From positions 2,692,001-2,756,000 of the forward strand of contig OW818676.1 of assembly GCA_942493235.1 (NCBI GenBank): a stretch of DNA of 64,000 nt, written 5' to 3'. Below the pieces are notes generated by a model that made no database searches, was not told the DNA's origin, and worked only from the letters and a program-made list of their open reading frames with translations. The stretch comes from an uncultured bacterium (lineage in GTDB: Bacteria; Bacteroidota; Ignavibacteria; Kapaibacteriales; UBA2268). Positions 10,857-23,392 of this stretch are shown here, piece after piece (position 1 is the first letter of the stretch; every line of letters starts with the position of its first letter). Made by a program: the position numbers and the translations under genes.

Positions 10857-12144
10857 GATGAACATATTATTTAAAGAAATTAGAACAATCAATCCTGCTC
10901 AACAGCTTGATGATAGACTCTATATCTGGGTAAAAGATGGTGTAATTACTCATTGCGATAAAGCTATGCCGACTGTTGATGCCGATACTACTATAATTGA
11001 TGCGAAAAATTATGTATGTTCGCCTGGACTTTTCGATATGCACGTGCATTTGAGAGAGCCGGGTTTTGAATATAAAGAAGATATTAAAAGCGGAACAAAC
11101 GCTGCAGCTAACGGAGGTTTTACCGGCTTAGTTTGCATGCCAAATACTCATCCTACAATTGATAATATCACAGTAGTAGAATATATTAAGCAAAAAGCTA
11201 AAAATAAGCTTACTGACGTTCATATTGCTGCTGCTTTGACATTAGGCAGAGAAGGCAAGCAACTGACTGAAATGTTAGAACTCAATGACAACGGCGTTGT
11301 AATGTTTACTGACGACGGTTCTACAGTTATGAATTCAGATGTGATGAAAAAAGCATTTGATTATGCTTCTTCAAGAAACATACTTATTTCTCAACATTGT
11401 GAAGACCACAATTTAACCGAAGGCTTTACCGCCAATGAAAGCAAATTGACCACAAAGTTAGGATTGAAAGGATATCCGTCAATTGCCGAAGAAATTATCC
11501 TTTATAGAGATATAGAAATTGCTAAATTCGTAGGCAATCATTGCCGTTATCATGCTTCTCATTTATCTACTAAGGGTTCGGTTAATTTAGTTAGACGAGC
11601 TAAAGCTAAAGGTCATAATGTTACTTGTGAAGTTACACCACATCATTTTATCTTAACCGAAGAATTAGTAGCTACTTATAATACGAATGTTAAAATGAAC
11701 CCGCCACTAAGACAACAGGAAGATGTTGATGCCATGATTAACGGTTTAGTTGACGGTACAATTGATTGTATCGCTACAGACCATGCTCCACACGCATTGC
11801 ACGAGAAAGATGTGGAATTTGACCGTGCTCCTAATGGTATTATTGGTTTAGAGACATCTTTAGGATTATCTTTGACATTCTTAGTACATACGAATAAATT
11901 AACTTTAAATCAATTAATCGAAAAAATGTCGATTAATCCAAGACATATTTTAGGTCTGAAATCTATTGAAATTAAAACAGGCGAAGTTGCCAATTTATTG
12001 ATTTTTGCTCCAGACGAAGAATGGGTTGTTAATAAAGATTTGTTTAAAGCGAAATCTAAAAATACTCCGTTTAATCAATATAAATTAAAAGGTAAACCCA
12101 AATATACTATAAACAATAATTTGCTACATACTTGCGTTTTATAA
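10855..12144 (+). CDS. pyrC: dihydroorotase (amidohydrolase superfamily)
   Basis: DMHVHLREPG metal-binding motif, ATDHAPH, length 429 aa. Confidence 0.85.
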   Translation: MMNILFKEIRTINPAQQLDDRLYIWVKDGVITHCDKAMPTVDADTTIIDAKNYVCSPGLFDMHVHLREPGFEYKEDIKSGTNAAANGGFTGLVCMPNTHPTIDNITVVEYIKQKAKNKLTDVHIAAALTLGREGKQLTEMLELNDNGVVMFTDDGSTVMNSDVMKKAFDYASSRNILISQHCEDHNLTEGFTANESKLTTKLGLKGYPSIAEEIILYRDIEIAKFVGNHCRYHASHLSTKGSVNLVRRAKAKGHNVTCEVTPHHFILTEELVATYNTNVKMNPPLRQQEDVDAMINGLVDGTIDCIATDHAPHALHEKDVEFDRAPNGIIGLETSLGLSLTFLVHTNKLTLNQLIEKMSINPRHILGLKSIEIKTGEVANLLIFAPDEEWVVNKDLFKAKSKNTPFNQYKLKGKPKYTINNNLLHTCVL

Positions 12145-12175
12145 ACTATGTTAAATTTAAAGTCGGAGATGCGAA

Positions 12176-12352
12176 ATGAAATCTGAAAAAGATGATAAGA
12201 AAAAAGCTGTAAGAGACCAAGATTTATTAATGAGGGAAATGATTACTAAAGAGCTAAAAGATAAGCTCTCTAGAAAAATTGATTCTGAAGACCCTCAAAT
12301 TATAAATGCTATTAAAAATTTGATCAGCGAGTCCGACGAAGAAAAACCATAG
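12176..12352 (+). CDS. small hypothetical charged protein (58 aa)
   Basis: ATG preceded by GGAGA at -8. Lys/Asp/Glu-rich. Absent from the ORF track because it falls below the size cut-off. Confidence 0.25.
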   Translation: MKSEKDDKKKAVRDQDLLMREMITKELKDKLSRKIDSEDPQIINAIKNLISESDEEKP

Positions 12353-12798
12353 TTTTCTATTGTTTTATTGCATATATTATACGAATATAATCTGCATTAT
12401 GTAAACTAAAGGCTGAGTTGAAATACGCAGGTTTTAATTTAAACTATGTAAACTAAATTGTGAGTTATACTCCGTATGTTTACCTCTACTGTGAAAGACT
12501 ATGAGTAAAATTATTTATATAAACAAAATGATATATAAAAGATTAAGTAAGTAAAAATTGAAAAAATCTACTTTACACTTGAAAAATAGATTTTATGTTT
12601 CAAAATATTTGCAACATTTTAAATTTTAAATATCTTTTATATAATTTGAAATATCAATCAAATAATTACAATAATAGATAAGATAAATTATAATAATTAC
12701 AAAAATTCGTCTTTAAATGATATAAAATATTTGCGTAATTCCTAAGATTTTTAGTATTTTTGTACTCTATTAATAAAAAGAATTGTTAAATAATTAGA

Positions 12799-13341
12799 AT
12801 GAATAAAAAAATGAAAGACATTTTTAGCACAAGAAATCTAACAATTGCCGGTATAATTATATTTACTGCATTAAGCAGAATATTTACCGACCTAATGGGC
12901 ATAAATATGAATTTCAGCCCTGTTATGGCTTTAGCATTATTTGCCGGAGCATATTTAAATGATAAGAAATTAGCGTTCGCTTTACCAATTGGCTCTATGT
13001 TTTTAAGTGATTTATTTATTGGCTTCCACCCTACTATGTGGGCAGTCTATGCAAGTTTTGTTTTAGCAGTATATATCGGTAGATTTTTAAATAACAATAT
13101 TACTACCAAAAGAGTTATTGGTGCTTCACTTGCCGGCTCAATTTTATTTTTTGTAGTTACTAATTTTGCACATTGGATAGCATTCTGTCCGATAAGTGTA
13201 GCTGGATTTACACAGTGTTATATTGATGCAATTCCATTTTTTAGAAACTCACTTGCCGGAGATTTAATTTACTCTGCAGTATTTTTCGGTAGCTTTGAAT
13301 TAGCCGGAAAATTTGTACCTCAATTGAGTAGAATAAAATAA
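12799..13341 (+). CDS. hypothetical integral membrane protein (about 5 TM), possibly an ECF-type S-component-like transporter
   Basis: Hydrophobic helices throughout. Followed by a strong intrinsic terminator. Confidence 0.45.
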   Translation: MNKKMKDIFSTRNLTIAGIIIFTALSRIFTDLMGINMNFSPVMALALFAGAYLNDKKLAFALPIGSMFLSDLFIGFHPTMWAVYASFVLAVYIGRFLNNNITTKRVIGASLAGSILFFVVTNFAHWIAFCPISVAGFTQCYIDAIPFFRNSLAGDLIYSAVFFGSFELAGKFVPQLSRIK

Positions 13342-13370
13342 TTATCATTTAAATATATTAATATTAAAAA

Positions 13371-13402
13371 GAGACTTACGTTATTTCGTAGGTCTCTTTT
13401 TT
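13371..13402 (+). terminator. Rho-independent terminator
   Basis: gagacttacg-ttattt-cgtaggtctc stem followed by tttttt. Confidence 0.7.
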
Positions 13403-13599
13403 ATTTAATTGTGTACTATTTGATTTTTGATTTGGAGCTTTAGTCTTGTTTAAAATATAGCCTCTTCCCTGTATCTAATCACTTTAACCAGCTTGAGAAA
13501 ACCACCAGCCACTACTAAACACCTAAAGTTCGGTACAACAAATCTAATAAAACAAGTTAGAGTTCGTTTATATTAGCTAATAATCAAAGAAAGATAGCA

Positions 13600-15087
13600 A
13601 TGAAAATAAAAATAATTATTATATTTGCTTTTTTAAATTTATTGAATAATATCGGATTTTCTAAAATGAATGAAATAATTAGACCGGCAACAGTCGCAGG
13701 GAGTTTTTATCCCGAAGATAAAGACCGTTTACGCTCGCTAATTCAGGAATATCTGAGCAAAGCAAGTGTTAGTAAAGGGCAAGAAATAGATGACCTAATC
13801 GGAATAATCAGCCCTCACGCCGGATATGTCTATAGCGGCACTGTAGCGGCTCATTCTTTTAAAATCCTTCAAAACAGAAAGTTTGATGTAGCAATAGTAA
13901 TTGCTCCGAGCCACCAGAAACCATTTAGTGGCTGTGCAGTATTTCCGGGTGATTTTTATAGTACCCCACTTGGAAAGTTAAAAATAGATAAAACATTGGC
14001 TGATTTGATTAACGTCAATAATAAATACATTTATTCCTCAATGAACGGGCACGAATGGAGCAATTTTACAAGTGAGCATTCGCTTGAAGTTCAATTGCCA
14101 TTTTTGCAATCTGTTCAGCCTGAGCTGCCTATAGTTCCAATAGTTATGGGTTCTCAAGATGAAGAGACCTGCATAGAATTATCAAAAGCTATAATTGATG
14201 CAATTAAAAAGTATAATAAAAAAGTAATTATTATAGCCTCTACGGATTTATCACATTTTCATAGTCAGGTATCAGCTAAAGCATTAGATAGTAATGTGCT
14301 TAATGCCTTCGAAAATTTTGATTATTTCAAGCTTTCACATCAGCTTTTCAATAGAGCTTGGGAGGCATGCGGGGCTGGACCAGTAATAACCACTATGCTT
14401 ATTTGTGAAGCTCTCGGAGCTAATAAGTCAGTTTGTTTGAATTATGCAACCTCTGCTGATACTCCTGAAGGTAGGATTTCGCCCGATAGAGTAGTCGGAT
14501 ATTTCAGTGGAGCAATCGGTAAAACGAAAACTCAATCAAACTTATTGCCCGAATTAACAAAAGATGAGAAAGTATATTTAAGAGATTTAGCTAAACATGT
14601 AGTAGAAAACATAGCCAATAATCAGAAATTAAAATATTCTAAGATAGAATCAGACAATCTTAATTCGGAATTTGCAGCATTTGTTACTATTAATAAAAAC
14701 AAAGAGTTAAGAGCCTGTATGGGTCATTTGTTTTCCAATTCATCATTAATTGAAGAGGTTATAGAATCGGCTACCATTGCTTCGACTCAAGATTATAGAT
14801 TCGGCAAAATAAAAGCCGACGAATTAGAAGAATTAGAGTATGAAGTTACAGTGCTTTCAAGAATGAAATTAATAAGTGATTTTAACGAAATTGAAATTGG
14901 TAAGCACGGACTTTATATCAAATATGCTGATAAGAGCGGGCTATTATTACCTCAGGTAGCAAGCGAAAGGCAATGGGACAGAGAAAAGTTTTTAACTAAT
15001 GTATGCTTAAAAGCCGGTCTGCCTAAAGATTTATATTTAAAGGGGAAAGCCCAAATATTCATATTTGAGGCAATAATTATTGACTAA
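13600..15087 (+). CDS. AmmeMemoRadiSam system protein B (Memo-like) fused to an AMMECR1 domain (system protein A)
   Basis: N-terminal half has the MEMO family signature (ATVAGSFYP, ISPHAGYVYSG, LSHFHS). C-terminal ~180 aa is AMMECR1-like (AFVTINKNKELRACMGHL, LLLPQVA). Confidence 0.8.
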   Translation: MKIKIIIIFAFLNLLNNIGFSKMNEIIRPATVAGSFYPEDKDRLRSLIQEYLSKASVSKGQEIDDLIGIISPHAGYVYSGTVAAHSFKILQNRKFDVAIVIAPSHQKPFSGCAVFPGDFYSTPLGKLKIDKTLADLINVNNKYIYSSMNGHEWSNFTSEHSLEVQLPFLQSVQPELPIVPIVMGSQDEETCIELSKAIIDAIKKYNKKVIIIASTDLSHFHSQVSAKALDSNVLNAFENFDYFKLSHQLFNRAWEACGAGPVITTMLICEALGANKSVCLNYATSADTPEGRISPDRVVGYFSGAIGKTKTQSNLLPELTKDEKVYLRDLAKHVVENIANNQKLKYSKIESDNLNSEFAAFVTINKNKELRACMGHLFSNSSLIEEVIESATIASTQDYRFGKIKADELEELEYEVTVLSRMKLISDFNEIEIGKHGLYIKYADKSGLLLPQVASERQWDREKFLTNVCLKAGLPKDLYLKGKAQIFIFEAIIID

Positions 15088-16564
15088 AGATTTTAAAATG
15101 AGTATAAAAGAAGATAACGAACTAATTATCAAAGGCAAAATTGAGATTACCGAGCCTATCATATTGAAAATCGGTGAAATAGCTAAAGAGCATAATTTTG
15201 ATGTTTATATTGTCGGTGGCTATGTAAGAGATTATTTCCTCTCAAGAGAGCGAAATGATTTTGATTTTACGGTAGTCGGAGATTGCTTTACCTTTGCAGA
15301 GATTGTAGCCGAACGATTTAATACAAAAGCTGTTCATTATAAAAAATTCAGAACTGCATTAGTTCCGATTGGTGATTTCAAATGCGAATTTGTCGGTACA
15401 CGTAAAGAAGAATATTTACCCGACTCGCGTAATCCGATTGTAACCGAAGGTACTCTGCTTGACGACTTAAAGCGTCGTGATTTTACAATTAATGCTCTCG
15501 CCGCAAAGATTCATTCTGCCGAAATGGGCAATGTAATTGATATGTTTAACGGATTAGAAGATATGGATAATAAAATTCTCCGTACTCCACTCAACCCTAC
15601 TATAACATTTTCCGATGACCCATTAAGAATGATGAGAGCCGCAAGATTTGCTTCTCAATTAAATTTCAACATTTTGGACGAATTAATTACGAGTGCCAAA
15701 TCAATTAGCGACAGAATAAAAATAATATCTACCGAAAGAATAGCCGATGAGTTCTTGAAAATATTGGCTTCTGCTAAACCAAGCATCGGAATCGAATATT
15801 TGATTAAAATGGACTTGTTAGTATATGTTTTCCCTGAGCTTAGCAGACTTGGCGGAGTAGAAACTAAGGTAATAGATGAAATAGAATATCACCATAAAGA
15901 TATATTAAAACACACTTTAAAAGTATTGGATAAAACAGCAGAAGTCTCGGATAATTTATGGTTAAGATTTGCAGCTTTATTGCACGATATAGCAAAACCA
16001 AAGACAAAGCATTTCACCAAAGGAATCGGCTGGAGTTTTCATGGTCATGAAGATTTAGGTTCAAAATGGACTGCCGGTATTTTCAAAAAAATGAAGCTTC
16101 CATTTGACCATATTGAATATGTAGCTAAATTAGTAAAACTGCACCAGAGACCTATGGTATTAGTTAATGAAGAAGTAACGGACTCTGCAGTTAGAAGGCT
16201 TGCTTTTAATGCCGGTGATGCCTTAGAAGATTTATTTACGCTATGCAGAGCAGACATAACAACAAATAATCCCAAGCTTTCCGAAAAGTATCTTCAGAAT
16301 TACGAATTAGTAAAGCAAAAAGTAATCGAAGTTCAAGAAAAAGATAAGCTTAGAGAATTTCAATCTCCTGTACGCGGCGAAGAAATTATGGAGCTTTGCT
16401 CAATACCTCCGTCAATTAGTGTCGGCTTAATTAAGCAAGCAATTGAAGAGGCAATTTTAGACGGAATTATCCCGAATGATTACCAAATTGCCAAAGATTA
16501 TTTCCTTACAAATAAAGATATTTGGATAGATGAAATCAACAAAGGAATCAGAAAAAAATCATAA
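15080..16564 (+). CDS. cca: CCA-adding tRNA nucleotidyltransferase with HD domain
   Basis: GGYVRDYFL, DFDFTVVG, RDFTINALA and an HD-domain region (LLHDIAKP). Confidence 0.85.
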   Translation: MTKDFKMSIKEDNELIIKGKIEITEPIILKIGEIAKEHNFDVYIVGGYVRDYFLSRERNDFDFTVVGDCFTFAEIVAERFNTKAVHYKKFRTALVPIGDFKCEFVGTRKEEYLPDSRNPIVTEGTLLDDLKRRDFTINALAAKIHSAEMGNVIDMFNGLEDMDNKILRTPLNPTITFSDDPLRMMRAARFASQLNFNILDELITSAKSISDRIKIISTERIADEFLKILASAKPSIGIEYLIKMDLLVYVFPELSRLGGVETKVIDEIEYHHKDILKHTLKVLDKTAEVSDNLWLRFAALLHDIAKPKTKHFTKGIGWSFHGHEDLGSKWTAGIFKKMKLPFDHIEYVAKLVKLHQRPMVLVNEEVTDSAVRRLAFNAGDALEDLFTLCRADITTNNPKLSEKYLQNYELVKQKVIEVQEKDKLREFQSPVRGEEIMELCSIPPSISVGLIKQAIEEAILDGIIPNDYQIAKDYFLTNKDIWIDEINKGIRKKS

Positions 16565-16627
16565 TAAAATGTAGATTATATCAGTATTTTTTTGTATTTT
16601 TGTATGTAATATTTATTTAAAAATTGA

Positions 16628-18667
<2,040 letters not shown>

Positions 18668-18680
18668 TTGAAAGAAATAT

Positions 18681-18887
18681 ATGTCAAAAAAGCAAGAGCC
18701 TGAATTTGAATCTAAGCTCCAAGAATTTAATGAGATAATTAACAATTTAGATTCCGGTGATTATAATCTTGAAGATATGATTAAATATTATGAAAGAGGT
18801 ATGAGCTTAGCTACTGAGCTAAAAGAGTATCTAAGCTCAGCAGAACAGAAAATAATTGATATTACTAAAAAGTATAGCAAAGAATAA
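18681..18887 (+). CDS. xseB: exodeoxyribonuclease VII small subunit
   Basis: 68-aa helical protein with the XseB-like pattern (EFESKLQEFNEII..LE..Y..G). Confidence 0.7.
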   Translation: MSKKQEPEFESKLQEFNEIINNLDSGDYNLEDMIKYYERGMSLATELKEYLSSAEQKIIDITKKYSKE

Positions 18888-18889
18888 AT

Positions 18890-19684
18890 ATGTATAGTGA
18901 AATTACACTTTGTGCTATTAATGCGGCAATTAAAGCCGGCACTTTACTCAAACATGGATTAGGTACTTCATTTGAAATTTCTTCTAAAGAAGGGAAAAAT
19001 AATTTAGTAACCGAGTATGATAAAAAAGCAGAACAAACGATAATTGAACATATTAAAAATGCTTTTCCTACTCATTCATTCCTTGCCGAAGAAAGTGGTA
19101 AATCCGGTATTTTTCAGTCCGATGAAATTCATTGGATAATCGACCCGCTAGATGGAACAGTAAATTTCGCTCATTCTTTGCCTGTATTCTGCGTTAGTAT
19201 AGCTGCCGTAGTTAATGATGAAATTATTAGCGGAGTGATCTATCAACCCATTCTGGAAGAATTATTTATAGCTGAAAAAGGAATTCAAACAAGGCTAAAT
19301 GATAAATCAATTAAAGTATCCGATACTGAAGATTTTGAATCATCATTTTTAGTTACAGGATTTCCCTATAATGTAAATGAAAATCCTTCTAAGTGTATTG
19401 ATACTTTTGTTGATGTTATCCAAAGGGGGATTCCTATTCGCAGGCTTGGCTCTGCTGCATTGGATTTAGCATATACTGCTTGTGGCAGATTTGATGGATT
19501 CTGGGAAGTAAATTTAAATCCTTGGGACGTTGCAGCCGGCTCAATTATAGTCAAAGAAGCCGGCGGTACTGTTACTCAATATGATAATTCTAATTACACA
19601 ATTAATGATGACTCTATACTTGCTACTAACGGAATAATTCATGAGAAAATTGTGGACTTATTAAAATGCTATTGTAATATATAA
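18890..19684 (+). CDS. suhB: inositol monophosphatase family protein
   Basis: WIIDPLDGTVNFAH, AEESG, WDVAAG motifs. Confidence 0.8.
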   Translation: MYSEITLCAINAAIKAGTLLKHGLGTSFEISSKEGKNNLVTEYDKKAEQTIIEHIKNAFPTHSFLAEESGKSGIFQSDEIHWIIDPLDGTVNFAHSLPVFCVSIAAVVNDEIISGVIYQPILEELFIAEKGIQTRLNDKSIKVSDTEDFESSFLVTGFPYNVNENPSKCIDTFVDVIQRGIPIRRLGSAALDLAYTACGRFDGFWEVNLNPWDVAAGSIIVKEAGGTVTQYDNSNYTINDDSILATNGIIHEKIVDLLKCYCNI

Positions 19685-19717
19685 ATTTAATTATGCTCCC
19701 TGCTATGCCCTGCATAA

Positions 19718-20608
19718 TTGGAAGTGTTTATTAATCATCAAAAATGGCTAATCATTATGCTGATAAATTTATACTATATGTCCGGTGCCGGTAATCTCTT
19801 TAGTGTGATTAATAATGATATATATAAATTAACTAAAGCAGATGCCTGCAAAGTCGCACCATTGGTCTGCAATATAAATCAAGTAAACAATATTCGCACC
19901 GAAGGACTAATTTTAATAAATTCTTCAAATGATAATACTAATGATTTCTTAGTTGATTTCTATAATCCTGACGGCACTAACGATGCAATGTGCGGCAACG
20001 GCAGTCGCTGTGCAGTTCATTTTGCCGATAAATTTAATCTGATTACTAATAATAATAATTGCTTTGCGATGGCAAATGCTCAGTATAAATATATTATAAA
20101 AGCTAACGGAGTAAAAGTATTTTTCCCGCCGATGAATTCATTTGATTTCAATAGTTCTATAAAGTTAAATGGCGAAATATTACTTGGCTCATATATTGAT
20201 GTCGGCTCTAAGCATTTTGTCCTTAATTATCAAGATATTAAGCATTTAATTAATGAAGATTATTTTGAATTCAACATTAATAAATTTGCTCCCCAAATCA
20301 GATATGCCGAAGAATTTGCTCCAAATGGTGTAAATGTAAATATCTTTAATATTATTGATAATCATATATTTTTACGAACTTATGAGCGCGGAGTCGAGGC
20401 TGAAACCGGTGCCTGCGGAACAGGTTCGATTTCAACTGCTTTAGCATTAGAACATCAATTTGGTATGGTCTTCCCTATTACAATTATTCCTCCGTCAAAA
20501 AGTGAGTTAGTGATTGATATAATAGTAAATTCCGGTAAAATTCAAAATATCTCATTAGAAGGTGCTGCTGAGATTTTCGACTCTGCTGAAGTCGAAATAA
20601 GTTTATAA
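19718..20608 (+). CDS. dapF: diaminopimelate epimerase. True start is probably Met at 19757
   Basis: Two active-site Cys motifs (MCGNGSRC and TGACGTG) and MSGAGNLF near the N-terminus. Confidence 0.8.
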   Translation: MEVFINHQKWLIIMLINLYYMSGAGNLFSVINNDIYKLTKADACKVAPLVCNINQVNNIRTEGLILINSSNDNTNDFLVDFYNPDGTNDAMCGNGSRCAVHFADKFNLITNNNNCFAMANAQYKYIIKANGVKVFFPPMNSFDFNSSIKLNGEILLGSYIDVGSKHFVLNYQDIKHLINEDYFEFNINKFAPQIRYAEEFAPNGVNVNIFNIIDNHIFLRTYERGVEAETGACGTGSISTALALEHQFGMVFPITIIPPSKSELVIDIIVNSGKIQNISLEGAAEIFDSAEVEISL

Positions 20609-20711
20609 TAACATAATTAATCAATTTTATTGTTTCACATCAAGACTTGCTTCAACTGTGTGGATTTACATTATTTCGCCTCAATAATCCTAATAGTAAA
20701 TACTATAATTG

Positions 20712-23324
20712 TCAATACTTAAACTTCGTACACTTGAGATAAGCAAGGGCAATTCTTAATTCGTAAAATTCGCAATCCAAATCTAATTTCGAGCGTACTT
20801 CTTTTAAATTTAAATGTTTAAATGTATCCATTTTTGGTGCTAATATTTCGATTAATTTGGTATTAGAATAAACTTTATAATTGGGTAAATATCCTAATTC
20901 AATAATTGATTGTATATGCCTGGAGAACTCAACCAAAGTTAGCTTATGCTTTTTACAAATATCTGCAATCGGAAGTTTTTCTAGAGTATCTTCGTACAAA
21001 GGAACTAAATAGTCGGGGATATTTTTTCGTTCGGGTATAGCATAATGTTTGTTTATAATATTCAAAAAATATTCTGCAAAATTAAGCATAAACAATTTAC
21101 CAAGACTGCCTATCAATTCCATTTCTTTGATACTTCTGGGCGGAGAAACGGCAATTTTCTTGAGCATTATATCTGATATAATGCCTCTCTCCTGCACTCT
21201 TTCTTTTAAAGCTAAGCCCTGCCTTAAAGCTAATAGTTTTTTATAGAGAGACTCGTCATATTCTGCTTTTTTCTTGGTTCTATCATAGATAAATTTCTGT
21301 GGAGCAGATTTGGCAATATACTCGGAACCTTTATCAGTAATTGAAATTTTCCGATAAGTGTCGTCTCCATATCTAACTAATCCTTGAATAATGCACTTAT
21401 TAAATATCTCGCTAACTAATTCCTCGGGAATTTCTTTGCAGATTCCAAATAAATCAAATTTATCTAATTTAAATGCTAAAACAGCTTTTGAGTTTTTACC
21501 GAGTAACAAATCTAATAGAACCGATCGGGCAAATGATTCATTGAAATTGTGAACTACTAAAAGCAGATTTTTCTTAATAAATGCTGCACGACTTTCGATT
21601 TGTTTATTTTTTTCAGGCGATAAGCAAGAGCTGCATTTACCGCATTTCTCTTTGATATCATCTTCACCAAAATAATTAAGTATATAATTTCTTTTGCAAT
21701 TAGCTGTGTAAATATATTCTTCGACTAAGTCTAATTTTTTAAAAGCGTTATTTTTTCGGCGTTCTAAATCATCAAAATCAATTCCAGTATAATCAATTCC
21801 TGTGCGTTCTTTATAAAAGTAAATACCTTCGGAACTTCCAGCTCCATGATATTCTAAAATATTAGAGAAATTATAATTTTGCAAAGCTGCTTTAACTTCA
21901 TCGGCTTTTAAATTATATTTATAAAGAAATCTATTTAAATCAAATTCGATTTCTTCTTGAAAGGCATTGCTTGGAACAAATCGAAGCAAAGATTCTAAAA
22001 TAAAGGATTTCTGCATATCTTGGCTTTTTAAATATTCTTGAATTCTTCGAGGAGTTGAGGTAAATTTCACTGATGGATTAATACGTGAATTACCTTTAGC
22101 CATTATCCTATGTTTAGCAAATAATTTCATAATTGACGTAACTGTAAACAAGGGCAATTTCACTCGTTCGGCAATAGCATAATCATCAAGGAATATTTGA
22201 TTGTCCGGTCTCTGACCATAAGTAGCACCTGTTAATTCGTATAAATATTCGTATAATTTAGCTATATCTTGCTTTGATGGATAATTACTATTAATGAAAA
22301 ATAATTGCAAATCTTTATCTTCTTCTTGATATAAAATTGTACACTTTGATTCTTTGCCATCACGACCGGCACGACCGGCTTCTTGATAATAGCTTTCAAG
22401 TGTCTGAGTAAAATCACAATGAATAACATTTCGGACATTAGATTTGTCAATACCCATACCGAAAGCATTAGTTGCCACAATAACTGAATTATCCTTTTTA
22501 AAGAAATCGTCTTGAGCCTGCTTTCGGAAATTATCTTTAAGACCGGCATGATAATAACCGGCTTTAATACCAAGCTTTTTCAGTGAATCGGTAAGCGATT
22601 CGACTTTTTTTCGGGAGCCGCAATAAATCATATTAGAGCCCAGTTCAGAAGATTTGATTATCTCCGTTATTCTGTATGCTTTATCTGTGCAATTCTCAGA
22701 AAAATAAGACAAATTAGGTCTATTAAATCCCGTAATAAATCTATTAGTATTGTTCATATTTAATTGCTTGATAATATCTTCTTGCACTTCAGGGGTAGCA
22801 GTAGCGGTAAGAGCAATAATCGGAGGATTGCCTAATTCTTTGGATAAATTCGGAACGAGTAAATAAGAAGGTCTGAAGTCGTGCCCCCATTCCGAAATAC
22901 AGTGGGCTTCATCTACTGCGATAAATGATGTTTTTACTTCATTCATCAAGTTAATGAACCTTTTGGATTCGATTCTTTCCGGAGCAATATAAACCATTTT
23001 GAATTCTTTATTTCGGATTTGCTCAAATTTGAGTGCAACTTCTTCTGTTGATAAAGAACTATTGATAAAGACTGCGGGAATGTTATTTTTCTCGAGTGCA
23101 TCAACTTGGTCTTTCATCAGTGCTATAAGTGGAGATATAATTATTGCAATGCCATCTTTAATAAGTGCAGGCAATTGATAACAAATAGATTTACCTCCGC
23201 CTGTAGGCATTACAGCCAGTGTATTTTTGCCACTTAGAATAGACTCAATTATCTCCTCTTGACCGGAACGGAAACTTGAATACCCGAAATATTTTTTTAA
23301 ATAATTATTAAGCTCTTTACCCAT
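20712..23324 (-). CDS. recQ: ATP-dependent DNA helicase RecQ, atypically long
   Basis: FRSGQEEII, MPTGGGKS, DEAHCISEWGHDFRP, GRAGRDG, Zn-binding CGKCSSC, HRDC-like region. About 180 extra residues sit between the helicase core and the Zn motif, and there is a C-terminal extension. Confidence 0.88.
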   Translation of the reverse strand: MGKELNNYLKKYFGYSSFRSGQEEIIESILSGKNTLAVMPTGGGKSICYQLPALIKDGIAIIISPLIALMKDQVDALEKNNIPAVFINSSLSTEEVALKFEQIRNKEFKMVYIAPERIESKRFINLMNEVKTSFIAVDEAHCISEWGHDFRPSYLLVPNLSKELGNPPIIALTATATPEVQEDIIKQLNMNNTNRFITGFNRPNLSYFSENCTDKAYRITEIIKSSELGSNMIYCGSRKKVESLTDSLKKLGIKAGYYHAGLKDNFRKQAQDDFFKKDNSVIVATNAFGMGIDKSNVRNVIHCDFTQTLESYYQEAGRAGRDGKESKCTILYQEEDKDLQLFFINSNYPSKQDIAKLYEYLYELTGATYGQRPDNQIFLDDYAIAERVKLPLFTVTSIMKLFAKHRIMAKGNSRINPSVKFTSTPRRIQEYLKSQDMQKSFILESLLRFVPSNAFQEEIEFDLNRFLYKYNLKADEVKAALQNYNFSNILEYHGAGSSEGIYFYKERTGIDYTGIDFDDLERRKNNAFKKLDLVEEYIYTANCKRNYILNYFGEDDIKEKCGKCSSCLSPEKNKQIESRAAFIKKNLLLVVHNFNESFARSVLLDLLLGKNSKAVLAFKLDKFDLFGICKEIPEELVSEIFNKCIIQGLVRYGDDTYRKISITDKGSEYIAKSAPQKFIYDRTKKKAEYDESLYKKLLALRQGLALKERVQERGIISDIMLKKIAVSPPRSIKEMELIGSLGKLFMLNFAEYFLNIINKHYAIPERKNIPDYLVPLYEDTLEKLPIADICKKHKLTLVEFSRHIQSIIELGYLPNYKVYSNTKLIEILAPKMDTFKHLNLKEVRSKLDLDCEFYELRIALAYLKCTKFKY

Positions 23325-23392
23325 TTATTCACCAAAAGAGTGCTCTAAATATAAAATAATTATACTATAAGCACTCCAATTAATTATACTAA

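Noticed and set aside
12360-12798. 440-bp AT-rich gap with short direct repeats (atgtaaactaaaNNNtgagtt x2; aaaatatttgc x2)
   Set aside because: Checked for a tRNA or other RNA gene and for CRISPR-like regularity. I saw only short imperfect repeats typical of a promoter region and no convincing structure.
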